Positions 29,378 through 39,582 of a stretch of 64,000 nt of DNA are shown here, piece by piece; within the stretch, counting starts at the first letter, position 1; the number at the start of each line of letters is the position of its first letter. Below the pieces are notes generated by a model that made no database searches, had not been told where the DNA came from, and worked only from the letters and a program-made list of their open reading frames with translations. Position numbers and translations under genes: made by a program. Source of the DNA: Bacteroidales bacterium (lineage in GTDB: Bacteria > Bacteroidota > Bacteroidia > Bacteroidales > PXBB01); the NCBI GenBank assembly GCA_003565735.1, contig PXBB01000140.1, forward strand, positions 15,231 through 79,230, written 5' to 3'.

Positions 29378-31594
29378 ATGAATCAATTAAAAAAAATCAT
29401 AATAATTACAATAGTCTTTAATCTTACAGGCTATTTTTCAAGCCTTACAGCACAACAAATAAACGGTCATGTTTATGAGGTAAGTGAAAATCAAAAAAAA
29501 CCTTTGGTCGGTGTGAATGTGTATTGGCTTAACACAACAATAGGGACAGTAACAGATGCAAATGGTTATTTCGAGATAAATCGCAAAGAACCACATTTAA
29601 AAAACCTTATTTTCAGTTATGTAGGCTACCGTAACGACACTGTAGATATCTCAGATGGGAAAAGTCATATCCACATAACACTTGTAGCATCAAAAGAATT
29701 ACAAGAAACCGTTATTGAGACACGTGGTTCCGGGGCATATATTTCCCGCCTTGAGCCAACATTTACAGAAGTAATTACATCTCATGAATTGCAAAGAGCG
29801 GCTTGCTGCAATCTTTCTGAGAGTTTTGAAACGAATCCTTCCGTAGATGTTTCCTACAGCGATGCTATTACGGGAGCCAAACAAATAGAATTGCTCGGAT
29901 TGTCGGGGATTTACAGTCAGATTTTGACAGAAAACATACCATCGGTTCGCGGACCAGCAATACCTTACGGCTTACTTTATGTACCGGGTCCCTGGATGTC
30001 TTCCATTCATATTTCCAAAGGAACTTCTGCAGTTATTAACGGATACGAATCAATAACGGGTCAAATAAACGTTGAATATAAAAAGCCGGAAGACAGTGAA
30101 AAGTTTTTCTTAAATGTTTACACCAATGACTTAGGAAAAGTGGAATCCAGCATAACTTCTGCCCACCAAATTAATGATAACTGGTACACTATGATTTTAG
30201 CTCATGGTGAATACTTAAACAGGCCTACCGACCACAATAAAAATACATTTATGGATCATCCGCTGGTAAAAAAATACAATGTGATGAATCGCTACCGCTA
30301 TGATAAACCTGGTAAAATGGAATCAATGTTTGGGTTTAGAATTCTTGAAGAAGATAGAAATGCCGGTCAAATGCCCAATGCTGCACCCGAAGATGTCCTT
30401 TACAAGGCACATATCAAAACTTCCCGCTATGAAGCATTTGCTAAAACAGGCTTCTTTTCACAACGCAACCCGTCAAGGAGTTTAGGGACGATTTTTTCGG
30501 GTACCTATCACAAGCAAAATTCCATTTTTGGCAATAACACTTATGATGTAATTCACCAAAACTTTTATGCCAACATTATTCATGAAACACCTTTCATCAA
30601 CAACCATCACACTTTAAATTCAGGTGTCAGTTTCAATTACGACCACTTTGATGAAACGATAAATAATGAGGGGCAGCATAAAGAAGAAATTGTTCCTGGT
30701 GTTTTTACGCAATACACGTACAACAATCAATCTAATTGGTCGGCAATAGCAGGCATTCGATATGACCACCACAACCTTCATGGTCATTTGATAACGCCAC
30801 GTTTTCACAGCAGGCTGGATATCAATGAAAACATCACATGGCGTGCCTCCATCGGCAAGGGTTACAGAATGGCCAATATTTTTGCTGAGAACCCTTTACT
30901 TTTTATGAATTCGCGCGAAATATATATGGAGGAGCGCTTATTACCTGAAGAAGCAATAAATTATGGCACTTCCATAACCTACAATTTTTTCATTGTAGGA
31001 CGTGAAAGTACATTCAGCACTGAATTTTACAGAACTGACTTTAACAATCAGGTCATCATTAACCTTGACCGCAATCCCAGAGAAATACATATTTATAATC
31101 TTGATGGCCAGTCATATTCGAATAGTGCACAAGCATCTTTCAGTACAGAGCCTATAAACCGCCTCGATTTTCTGGCAGCAATCAGATGGACTGATGTAAA
31201 AACCACTTACGACGAAGAACTAAAATCCAAACCCTTAGTAAATACCTATAAAGGATTGATCAGTTTGTCCTATTTAACGAAAAACAACAAATGGCAAATA
31301 GATCTCACTTCACAGTTTAATGGCAGAAGTCGTTTACCCGACACGTCATTGCTCCCTGAAATTTATCAAAAGCCTTCATATGCGCCATCTTACACAATCC
31401 TCAACAGCCAGATAACGTATAAAAGAAAAAATTGGGATATTTATCTTGGTGTAGAAAACCTGACAAGTTACGTTCAGAAAGACCCAATTATAAGCTATGA
31501 AAACCCTTATGGAGATTACTTTGATGCAGGATTTATCTGGGGCCCGATAATGCCTAGAATGTTTTACGCCGGATTGCGCTTCTCAATAGAATAA
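29378..31594 (+). CDS. TonB-dependent receptor with an N-terminal carboxypeptidase-regulatory-like domain
   Basis: GTVTDANGYF..FSYVGY; plug RAACCNLSESFETNPSVDVSYSDAITG; C-terminal WGP..PRMFYAGLRF. Confidence 0.92.
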   Translation: MNQLKKIIIITIVFNLTGYFSSLTAQQINGHVYEVSENQKKPLVGVNVYWLNTTIGTVTDANGYFEINRKEPHLKNLIFSYVGYRNDTVDISDGKSHIHITLVASKELQETVIETRGSGAYISRLEPTFTEVITSHELQRAACCNLSESFETNPSVDVSYSDAITGAKQIELLGLSGIYSQILTENIPSVRGPAIPYGLLYVPGPWMSSIHISKGTSAVINGYESITGQINVEYKKPEDSEKFFLNVYTNDLGKVESSITSAHQINDNWYTMILAHGEYLNRPTDHNKNTFMDHPLVKKYNVMNRYRYDKPGKMESMFGFRILEEDRNAGQMPNAAPEDVLYKAHIKTSRYEAFAKTGFFSQRNPSRSLGTIFSGTYHKQNSIFGNNTYDVIHQNFYANIIHETPFINNHHTLNSGVSFNYDHFDETINNEGQHKEEIVPGVFTQYTYNNQSNWSAIAGIRYDHHNLHGHLITPRFHSRLDINENITWRASIGKGYRMANIFAENPLLFMNSREIYMEERLLPEEAINYGTSITYNFFIVGRESTFSTEFYRTDFNNQVIINLDRNPREIHIYNLDGQSYSNSAQASFSTEPINRLDFLAAIRWTDVKTTYDEELKSKPLVNTYKGLISLSYLTKNNKWQIDLTSQFNGRSRLPDTSLLPEIYQKPSYAPSYTILNSQITYKRKNWDIYLGVENLTSYVQKDPIISYENPYGDYFDAGFIWGPIMPRMFYAGLRFSIE

Positions 31595-31668
31595 ACATGT
31601 GAATCTTTTTATCAGCACCTGTTTGAGCCCAAATCACAACAAGCACGACAGGAAGTAATCGTGCTCTT

Positions 31669-32172
31669 CTAAAACTTTTTCATCGCATTTTGTATTTCAT
31701 GCGAATCTTTAAACCTCTTCGGTAAAAAATTGAAGGCTACTTTATTAGTTTTCACAGCTTGCACTAAAAAGTTAATGTTACTTTTAAGTGCATCTGAAGC
31801 ATAGTGAAGTGCACCCCCATATTGTTTTACTGCGGCCAAAACAATATCTGATGCATTCTTTAAATTATCTGAAGCATATTCCAGCATGCGGCCATTTCGT
31901 GTTACAGCAAACATCACTATTTCACTGTCATCTTTTAAAGCATCGGAGGCAAAGTGTAAATTGCCACTATATTTTTCAATAGCGATTTTCACCAGCTCAC
32001 GATCGTTTTTTAATGTTTCCGAGGCGTATTTGAAGGCACCAGGGTTATGTTTAAGCGCTGCTAAAACGATTAAACGGTCGTTACGTAACTCTTCGGGAAG
32101 GCTCTCCAGCCCTACCCTATTTCCCTCGACTGCTGTTAATATTTGCGCATGGGAACGTAAACCGTCTTTCAT
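31669..32172 (-). CDS. DUF4116 repeat protein
   Basis: Tandem ~25-aa repeats (L.YAS..LK.D.EIV..AV...G). Confidence 0.8.
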   Translation of the reverse strand: MKDGLRSHAQILTAVEGNRVGLESLPEELRNDRLIVLAALKHNPGAFKYASETLKNDRELVKIAIEKYSGNLHFASDALKDDSEIVMFAVTRNGRMLEYASDNLKNASDIVLAAVKQYGGALHYASDALKSNINFLVQAVKTNKVAFNFLPKRFKDSHEIQNAMKKF

Positions 32173-32258
32173 TACTTTTTCTTTTCTTTACTCTCTTTTG
32201 TTTTAAACACCTGAATATGCCGCATATATCATTCAGAAGTCATGCCATGTTTGAGCTG

Positions 32259-32435
32259 TTATTTGGGCTGCCAGTAGCATCTTTTGGGCGACTCTATAGC
32301 GCTTTCTTCTTTCAGTTGCTTCATAGCTTTATCAACATCTTTGCGCTCCAAACCGGTTAATTCAACAATTTTCCCGGCATTGACCGGTGCACCGGCCTTT
32401 TTCATGGCTTCTAATACTTTTAATTTAATATCCAT
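32259..32435 (-). CDS. Small winged-helix (MarR-like) protein, 58 aa
   Basis: Hand translation [58 protein letters not shown]; promoter TAATTTTG on minus at 32480-32473. Confidence 0.8.
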   Translation of the reverse strand: MDIKLKVLEAMKKAGAPVNAGKIVELTGLERKDVDKAMKQLKEESAIESPKRCYWQPK

Positions 32436-32568
32436 ATGGTTCCCATTTTTAATTAATAATTTTTTCGTGCAGCAAAATTATGATTTTTTTAAGACTTTTC
32501 TAATCCTATAAAAATGTGGGCTGAATGTGCCTTTAACTACATGGTGCTATCCTGTAACTTTTGCGTCT

Positions 32569-33390
32569 TCAATCTATACTATACATATTATCAACAATTT
32601 CTTTAATTTTTTCAGACCTATTGTACTGATGCACTATAGCAGGTTTCTGCCCGTTTACAACAACATGATTCCCTTCAACAGTAATTGAAGCCGGAGATTT
32701 TCTCAATGTTATTGATATTGTTGCTGTTATATCTCCGTTTTGCTTTAACTCCGGATGGCGAAAAAGATGCATTTTTTGATGGGCTAAATAATTTTGAATT
32801 CCCTGATCTACGTATCGTTTATGCATTTCTTTCGGTTGACTTTTAAAAAGCCGCAGCATTTCATCAACCACATGATTTAAATACACATAAACATTACCAA
32901 AGGAACCGAATGTGGTACCGGCACATACGATAGTTTTATCATAAAGCGCCTTAAGTCCTTTTTTGCCATAACAAAAGCGCACCCATTGTTTGTTGTACTT
33001 ATTCTGACCAATAGTTTCAGCGGGGTCTTCCTCAAAAAAATAAATAAATTCTTCGGGTGCATTTGCAAAAGGGTCGCTTTGAAAAAACACATCTGCAACA
33101 TCAGACAAAATAACATTTCTGTACAACTCTTTTTGATGTGCCAAATAATCAAGAAACTTAAAAAACCTTATGTTGTGAATTTTATAACTCGAATAAAGGG
33201 CTGATGCATACAAGAGACACTTGCCATTATAATCTTTCAGGAAACTGCTGATCTCATCAAAATTATCCCTATGGGCAATCAACACTAAATCAGCCGAAGT
33301 GTTAAACATCCTGAAAGACTTGACAAAATTTTTTATATCGCAGCTACTGTAGTTGAAAGCAGCCCCCATCAAAACATCTCTTTTTTTCAT
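32569..33390 (-). CDS. Putative GT-A fold glycosyltransferase
   Basis: ILSDVADVFFQSDPF (DxxD), CAGTTFG, DQGIQNY, IVHQYNR. Confidence 0.6.
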   Translation of the reverse strand: MKKRDVLMGAAFNYSSCDIKNFVKSFRMFNTSADLVLIAHRDNFDEISSFLKDYNGKCLLYASALYSSYKIHNIRFFKFLDYLAHQKELYRNVILSDVADVFFQSDPFANAPEEFIYFFEEDPAETIGQNKYNKQWVRFCYGKKGLKALYDKTIVCAGTTFGSFGNVYVYLNHVVDEMLRLFKSQPKEMHKRYVDQGIQNYLAHQKMHLFRHPELKQNGDITATISITLRKSPASITVEGNHVVVNGQKPAIVHQYNRSEKIKEIVDNMYSID

Positions 33391-34904
33391 AAATACTTTT
33401 TTAAAAATGTATAGAGACCCGGTACAGTTTTTTGCATTTGCTGACCTATCAGCCAGGAGGTATGGCCCAAAAGATTTCGGAGTTGTTGCAGCATTTTCCT
33501 GGTTCGATGCGGAGGCTTAATATTTTTCTCGTAATAGTTTTTAAAAATACGCAGTATCTCATCTTTTCGTTTCACAACTTCTTTTTTATCAAAATCTTTC
33601 GTTTCAATCCACACCATATTTTCTGTCGAAAATCTGGTATGAGAATGTAAGTCAAAAATCTTATCAGAGTCTATATACTGTTTTTCGACACACAATTTAT
33701 AAAGTTTGGTATTGGGATAGGGTTGCGCATAAAAAACTCCGGGAAGTAACTGCGGTGCAATTTTATACATTTTTCTGTAAAACTTTAATGCTTTTTTATG
33801 CCTTTTTCTTGTTTCACCCGGGTAGCCACATATCATGAATAAATAACCACTTATGCCGTATTTGGCATACCATCTAACAACTTCTTCTACTTTTTTCAAA
33901 TTCAGTTTTTTGCCAATAATTTTCAACATTTCTTCATCGCCATGTTCGAGGGCTAAGTTTACAAGTTGCGCATTTGATTCTTTGAATAATTTCACCAGAT
34001 TTTCGTTCAGCGTATCAATTCTGACGCCATTTTGAGCATGCCAGGACAAATATCCTTTGGTTTTATTTATTTCAATGATTCCATTTAAGATTTCTTCTGC
34101 ACGTACGGGGTCATGTGTAAAATTATCATCTTCAATTTCGAGGTTATTAATATTGTAAGTATCAACTAAATGATTGATTTCTTTAATAACCTGCTGCGAA
34201 GAAAATGCACGCCAATTATAACCCGATACCGGATGTATAGAGCAGAAGCCACAGTCGTAGGGGCAGCCTCTGGAAGTAACGATACTGGCCGACCTTTTGC
34301 CCTTACTTCCACGGGGGGATAATTCAACATATTTTGAAAAATCAACCAAATCTCTTGCCGGCAGGGGTAGCTTACTCAAGTCTTTCATAAAATAGCTACG
34401 TGACATATTTAAATCTTCTTTGCTTTTGATAACAGACGGCCACTCAACAGAAGTCCCATCCGACAAAGCATTAACAAGATGTAACATGGGTTCTTCGCCC
34501 TCTCCAAGCACAACAAAATCAGCTTTTGACATTACAGCTGACTCCGGCTGTGAACTCGGATATATGCCACCCAAAACCAGAGGTATCTGAGGATAATGCG
34601 TTTTAATACTTTCAATGAGTTCATGTGCTAATACGGCAAAATGCGAAAAAGGAACCGAAACACCAATAAGCTGCGTATCCTCTGGTATGCGTTTAATTAT
34701 ATCAGAATTCGGCAAACCTATCCTGCATAAGCCGTGATAATCATTAATGTTATGATAACCTTCCCGAAAACTATCCAAAATAGCCACATCATGGTGGTGT
34801 TTCCGCAGATAGGAGGCTATTTGAAGAAGCCCGAGGCAATGCCATAAAGTTGCCTCGTAACGGTTCTGGAAAAGAAAAGGAATATTAATCAATAATACTT
34901 TCAT
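33387..34904 (-). CDS. Cobalamin-binding radical SAM enzyme (class B methyltransferase-like)
   Basis: LGLLQIASYL, LGGIYPS, GEGEE, TSRGCPYDCGFC, EDDNFT, GYPGET. Confidence 0.92.
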   Translation of the reverse strand: MKVLLINIPFLFQNRYEATLWHCLGLLQIASYLRKHHHDVAILDSFREGYHNINDYHGLCRIGLPNSDIIKRIPEDTQLIGVSVPFSHFAVLAHELIESIKTHYPQIPLVLGGIYPSSQPESAVMSKADFVVLGEGEEPMLHLVNALSDGTSVEWPSVIKSKEDLNMSRSYFMKDLSKLPLPARDLVDFSKYVELSPRGSKGKRSASIVTSRGCPYDCGFCSIHPVSGYNWRAFSSQQVIKEINHLVDTYNINNLEIEDDNFTHDPVRAEEILNGIIEINKTKGYLSWHAQNGVRIDTLNENLVKLFKESNAQLVNLALEHGDEEMLKIIGKKLNLKKVEEVVRWYAKYGISGYLFMICGYPGETRKRHKKALKFYRKMYKIAPQLLPGVFYAQPYPNTKLYKLCVEKQYIDSDKIFDLHSHTRFSTENMVWIETKDFDKKEVVKRKDEILRIFKNYYEKNIKPPHRTRKMLQQLRNLLGHTSWLIGQQMQKTVPGLYTFLKKYL

Positions 34905-34922
34905 ATAAGCAAAAATACAAAA

Positions 34923-35789
34923 TTACTTTCTTTTTCTTCGCCAAGCATCAATCTGACCAAGCCTAAAAGATAAATGCATTAATAAAAAAAACAAGAAATA
35001 CTTAAGTGGTTTTTTAAAATTAAAATACTCCTTAGTAATATACATTGAATACAACAATTCCTCTCTAAAGATGAACACTCTGTTTTTCTTCTTTGAAGAA
35101 ATATAAAAATCTTTGCCGTATCTGAAATGTTTTCTTAGCACACTGCCTAAGCTACCGTGCTCTGTCCTTATCACAATGATATCAGGCACATAAATTCTTT
35201 TTTTGTTTTGCTTGTCCATGCGGGCATTATAATCACTGTCTTCGCCGGTTTTGAGAGATGTATCAAAAAAGCCGACTGCATCGAAAACACTTTTTTTAAA
35301 AGATGAAGCACTTCCTGCAGGAAAGCCCTCCCCCTCATAGCCATCACCAACTTTAGTTGCATCTTGCTTCCATCTTTCAATGATTAACTGGAAGTAATTA
35401 TCAATAATTTTGCCTGCTATGCCCTTGCCTTTAGTTACTACTTTAGAAGCTACAACATCGTAGTTTACAAGAAAGGAAGAAGCTTTCGAAAAATAGTCTT
35501 TGGGAATAGAATAGTTATCTGCAAAAAAGGATATATACTTTCCTTTAGCTGCTTTTATGCCAACATTTCGAGAAAAACCAACCCCTTCATTTTTTAAATT
35601 TTTAATGTATTTAACAGGCAAACTTGGTTCATATTTGGCAACAACATCCTTTATGATATCCGGGCCACCATCATTTACAATAATCACTTCGGTAATGAAA
35701 TCTCCTTCAATTTTACAGAGGCTGTCCAGGCACTGGCTTATACGAGAAGGCCAAAGATGTGTTAAAACAATGATGCTAAACATTACCAA
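34923..35789 (-). CDS. Glycosyltransferase family 2
   Basis: FSIIVLT, EVIIVNDGG, SRNVGI, GFFD..L..GEDSD. Confidence 0.88.
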   Translation of the reverse strand: MVMFSIIVLTHLWPSRISQCLDSLCKIEGDFITEVIIVNDGGPDIIKDVVAKYEPSLPVKYIKNLKNEGVGFSRNVGIKAAKGKYISFFADNYSIPKDYFSKASSFLVNYDVVASKVVTKGKGIAGKIIDNYFQLIIERWKQDATKVGDGYEGEGFPAGSASSFKKSVFDAVGFFDTSLKTGEDSDYNARMDKQNKKRIYVPDIIVIRTEHGSLGSVLRKHFRYGKDFYISSKKKNRVFIFREELLYSMYITKEYFNFKKPLKYFLFFLLMHLSFRLGQIDAWRRKRK

Positions 35790-35809
35790 ATATTTTTTTT
35801 TGTTTCCTT

Positions 35810-36661
35810 TTAGCGAATACTACAGGTTAAATAATTCTGAAACTGAGCCTTTACTTTTTTAACAAAGCTTAAAAAATTTACTTTATACAACTCTTTGACA
35901 TTACGCAATATAACATCTTCCGAAATCAGGTGTTCGTAAGATGACTGGCTTTCATTATGAGGGTCAAGTTTTTTGTAGTTATTATAGCGTCGGCGTCTGT
36001 CAGACTCTTTAAGATTACCCCAATGGATAATTAATATCGGGCTGCATAAAACCAGTGTAGATTCGTAAGGCTGTAGTTCGAAGTGCAACTTTGAGTTATA
36101 ATTCAGCTGCATGGATTCCTTTTTACGCATCATTTTCAACCTGTACTGCACCCCATTATTTGAGTAGGGATAGTCCGCACGAAATTTGTTATCTGAATCC
36201 CACAAGTGAACATATCTGAACCTTACAAGCTCAACATTATTTTTTCGGAGCAAGCTTTTGAAAGCTTTCAGGTATCTTAAGTCCAGTCTTTCGTCAAGAT
36301 CTAGAAATAACAACCATTTGGTATTAATAATTTTAGCGATGTCAAATAAAAGGCAGCGGTTAGCGAAATCATCAAAAGCGCTGTTGTTGTTTCTTTTGAC
36401 ATGTATGATGACAGCATCGTCCATAAAAGCCGCAGCAGTGTTATCAACACTGCCATCATCAAGAAAGACCAGGGCATCAGCAAATTTCATAATATTGCTG
36501 TGAAAAGCAGGGGCGTGTTTTTCTTCATTATATGCCTGAACAAAACCAACGCACTCATATTCTTTATTCATTTCTGATGCTTTGACAATTTCTACATCAT
36601 ACTTACGGCACAATGCCACAAGCATTTCTTGTTTATGAGTAAGATGCTCCCCTTGAATCAT
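35810..36661 (-). CDS. Glycosyltransferase family 2-like protein
   Basis: AYNEE, LDDGSVDNT, WLLFLDLDE, IIHWG. Confidence 0.8.
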   Translation of the reverse strand: MIQGEHLTHKQEMLVALCRKYDVEIVKASEMNKEYECVGFVQAYNEEKHAPAFHSNIMKFADALVFLDDGSVDNTAAAFMDDAVIIHVKRNNNSAFDDFANRCLLFDIAKIINTKWLLFLDLDERLDLRYLKAFKSLLRKNNVELVRFRYVHLWDSDNKFRADYPYSNNGVQYRLKMMRKKESMQLNYNSKLHFELQPYESTLVLCSPILIIHWGNLKESDRRRRYNNYKKLDPHNESQSSYEHLISEDVILRNVKELYKVNFLSFVKKVKAQFQNYLTCSIR

Positions 36662-36672
36662 AGCATGGGTTG

Positions 36673-38475
36673 TTATTTGTAATACATGGCCTGTCTGTTA
36701 AACATATGTGCATAAACGCCTTTTTTTTCTAGCAGTTCTTTGTGTGTACCTTCTTCGACTACACTATCCTTATCTAAAACATAAATATAATCGGCCATTT
36801 GCACTGTTGAAAAGCGATGACTCACTAAAATCCCTGTTCTGTTAACCATAATTTCTTTAAAAATGCTAAAAAGTTCGAATTCTGCTTCAGGGTCCATAGC
36901 CGAGGAAGGTTCATCAAGAATCACAATTTGGCTGTTTTTATAAAATGCTCTTGCGAGACTTATTTTTTGCCATTGTCCTATGCTGAGCTCTTCGCTATCG
37001 TCGTAAATTTTGCCTAATATGGTATTGTAGCCATCCGGCAATGATTTAATAAGAGAATGTACACGTGCTTTTTTGGCAGCTTCTTCAATTACTTCCCGAC
37101 CTCTGTCAACAGCGGCATCACCAAATTTAATATTTTCAGAAGCTGTAAAATTATATTTGGCAAAGTTTTGAAATATGGCACTGATATTTTCCCTAAGTGA
37201 TTTGGGATTGATACGTTTTATATCAACGCCATCAAACAGTATTTGACCGCTGTCGGCATCAAAAAAACCACACATCAGTTTTATTATTGTTGTTTTTCCG
37301 GCGCCATTAGGTCCAACAAGAGCAACTGTAGAGCCTGCTTTTATTTTTAAGTTTACATTTTCTAATACATGTCGTTTGCTGTTTGGGTATTTAAAAGACA
37401 CATTTCTGAACTCTATGCTTTGGCGCAGGGTTTTAGGAAATGCTTCCTTCTTATGTTTTTCATCTTTACTGTCGGGGATACTCAAAAAGCGCTTCAAATA
37501 ACCAACATATAAGCTGTTTTCGTACAACGAAGCTATGTCGTGAAAAATACTGTTAAACATGCCAACACCTTTTTGCAGTGCTATAATGTACATTGTTAAA
37601 GCACCAATAGTAAGGGCACCTTGAAAAGCCTGGTAACAAATAACCCAAAAAGCACCAAAAACAGCAAATGCCGCTATAAATTGCGCTCCAATTTCAAACA
37701 GCATACGTTTTTTATAGATTTTGAGGAAGCCTCCCCTCATTCCGGTACGTAATGTGCAAAAAAGCCTGATAAAAAAATCTTTCAAAGAAAAAAGCCTGAT
37801 TTCCGGGGCGTAATGCTCTTTGGTTAACACATCATTAATGTCCCAGGTTTTTCTATTGGTTTTGGTAATTTTTTTATTCCAATGGAAAAGCTCACGTGAG
37901 GACTTTAACTTTGCCAGTCCCAAAGGTACAGTAGCAACTATCAAAACCAAAAAGATCGATTTATGCAAACTCAACAACAGCACACTAAGGGTAATCAGTG
38001 CTATGGTATTTTGAAACACAGATATAATACTGCCAAAAACTCTTATGGGGCGCACCTGTGCATTTTCGAGAGCTCTTGAAAAAAGGTCGTAATATTTACT
38101 ATCGTCAAAATACTTTAATTCAATGCGTGTTGTTTTTTCGTGTACTCTTTTGTAGATATAGTCGAAAAACACTTGTTCTCGAGCATCCTTGATGTATTTT
38201 TCAAAAGCATCTTTGATATAACCAATGAGGAATATCAAGCCTGTAATTATAATCCATATGGCGACCCTGCGAAAAGCTTCAGGATCATCAGGTGTCGCCG
38301 TTGCAATTATAGTTTCATCAATGACTAATTTCAAAAGGTACACCGTTACTAATGGCAAAATGCTTCCAAAAGCTGCGGGGATAAAACTTGCCCAGGCATA
38401 AAAACCCGTGGACTTATGCACCAGCCTGAAAGAATATTTAAAGCTTTCTATCAATTCATTCTTTAATGAAGGCAT
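36673..38475 (-). CDS. ABC exporter, fused TMD-NBD
   Basis: Six hydrophobic segments; GPNGAGKT, ELSIGQWQKI, ILDEPSSAMD, SHRFSTV. Confidence 0.95.
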   Translation of the reverse strand: MPSLKNELIESFKYSFRLVHKSTGFYAWASFIPAAFGSILPLVTVYLLKLVIDETIIATATPDDPEAFRRVAIWIIITGLIFLIGYIKDAFEKYIKDAREQVFFDYIYKRVHEKTTRIELKYFDDSKYYDLFSRALENAQVRPIRVFGSIISVFQNTIALITLSVLLLSLHKSIFLVLIVATVPLGLAKLKSSRELFHWNKKITKTNRKTWDINDVLTKEHYAPEIRLFSLKDFFIRLFCTLRTGMRGGFLKIYKKRMLFEIGAQFIAAFAVFGAFWVICYQAFQGALTIGALTMYIIALQKGVGMFNSIFHDIASLYENSLYVGYLKRFLSIPDSKDEKHKKEAFPKTLRQSIEFRNVSFKYPNSKRHVLENVNLKIKAGSTVALVGPNGAGKTTIIKLMCGFFDADSGQILFDGVDIKRINPKSLRENISAIFQNFAKYNFTASENIKFGDAAVDRGREVIEEAAKKARVHSLIKSLPDGYNTILGKIYDDSEELSIGQWQKISLARAFYKNSQIVILDEPSSAMDPEAEFELFSIFKEIMVNRTGILVSHRFSTVQMADYIYVLDKDSVVEEGTHKELLEKKGVYAHMFNRQAMYYK

Positions 38476-38541
38476 CTTTGTTTTAAATATGTTATGCTAT
38501 CACTTCAATAAAATACAAATATAGATGATAATATGATTTCA

Positions 38542-39564
38542 TCACTCTTTTCCGAATTTTTTTTTGAGCACGCGATAGATAGCCGGCATAAACCTTTTTA
38601 AAAACATTTCTATGTGCCAGGATATTCTATGCCATGTGTTTTTAATATTGGGCTTGTGTTTTTTTTGATAAATATGGTACGCAATATCAATATCTGTTTT
38701 TATAATATCAAAAAAACCGGTCTTTGCTTTATTAAGCGGAAAGCTCCACTTTTCAAGCGACTTTGCCATGGTATAAAGTTTTTGCCATTCATCATAGCAA
38801 ATACTTTCCATATCCCAAGGTTTATGAGGGCCAATAAAATGCAAAATAACCGAATGCTTTTTTGTTCTGTTAATATATTTGGGTAATTTATTAGTAACTG
38901 TTATGTAATAGTTGTTAAACACATAAGGCAGTTTTTTTCTTTTATTTAATAAGAATAAATTAAGAATGCCTTGCTCATAAAAAGATGAGTAGCAAGCATA
39001 AGTATTTGCCAAAGTGATAAGCTTATTGTAGTTTTCAAGGGAGTTATGTTTTGAGGGGATGACCATTACTCCGGTATTAAAACTCCTTTTGAATAATGTT
39101 TTTCGAGAAAAGTATCTATTCATTTTTGAGTTTTCGTAGGGTTCCCCGGAATTATTAAACTGGTAAATCAGAGGTGGGCTCAAGTGGTCATCAGCAGCTC
39201 TGAAACCCCTATACTTTACCAGCCCTCTGATGTCTTTCCTGATAATAGTATCAGTATCTAAATAGATAATTTTATGATATTTTTTAAAATACGGATTGAA
39301 CAGGTATATTTTTGCATAATAAACCCTGTGCTCAGGCTTAATATTTTCAAATGGGAAGGTAAAGCGGTCAATGTGAATAATTTTTATTTGGTGTACCTTG
39401 AACCATTCCAGTTTTTCCGGCGTCAGAATTTCGTAGGCCAGCAAAATGAGTTCATACTGCCAATTACCATAACGTACAGCCGCATAAAAAACCGCTTTCG
39501 TTTTCTCCAGATAATTTTCATCCGCTAAAAGCAGTAAGGCATATTTTTTTTTATGGCTTGTCAT
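38542..39564 (-). CDS. Glycosyltransferase family 8
   Basis: ADENY, IIYLDTD, FNTGVM, EQGILN, ILHFIGPHKPW. Confidence 0.9.
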   Translation of the reverse strand: MTSHKKKYALLLLADENYLEKTKAVFYAAVRYGNWQYELILLAYEILTPEKLEWFKVHQIKIIHIDRFTFPFENIKPEHRVYYAKIYLFNPYFKKYHKIIYLDTDTIIRKDIRGLVKYRGFRAADDHLSPPLIYQFNNSGEPYENSKMNRYFSRKTLFKRSFNTGVMVIPSKHNSLENYNKLITLANTYACYSSFYEQGILNLFLLNKRKKLPYVFNNYYITVTNKLPKYINRTKKHSVILHFIGPHKPWDMESICYDEWQKLYTMAKSLEKWSFPLNKAKTGFFDIIKTDIDIAYHIYQKKHKPNIKNTWHRISWHIEMFLKRFMPAIYRVLKKKFGKE

Positions 39565-39582
39565 TATTCAAATAAAAAATGT

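Noticed and set aside
13838-38475. Linking the 55-aa YxxP peptide to the rSAM/ABC/GT operon as one RiPP cluster
   Set aside because: About 19 kb apart with unrelated genes between, and no RRE or leader peptidase; nothing in the sequence ties them together.
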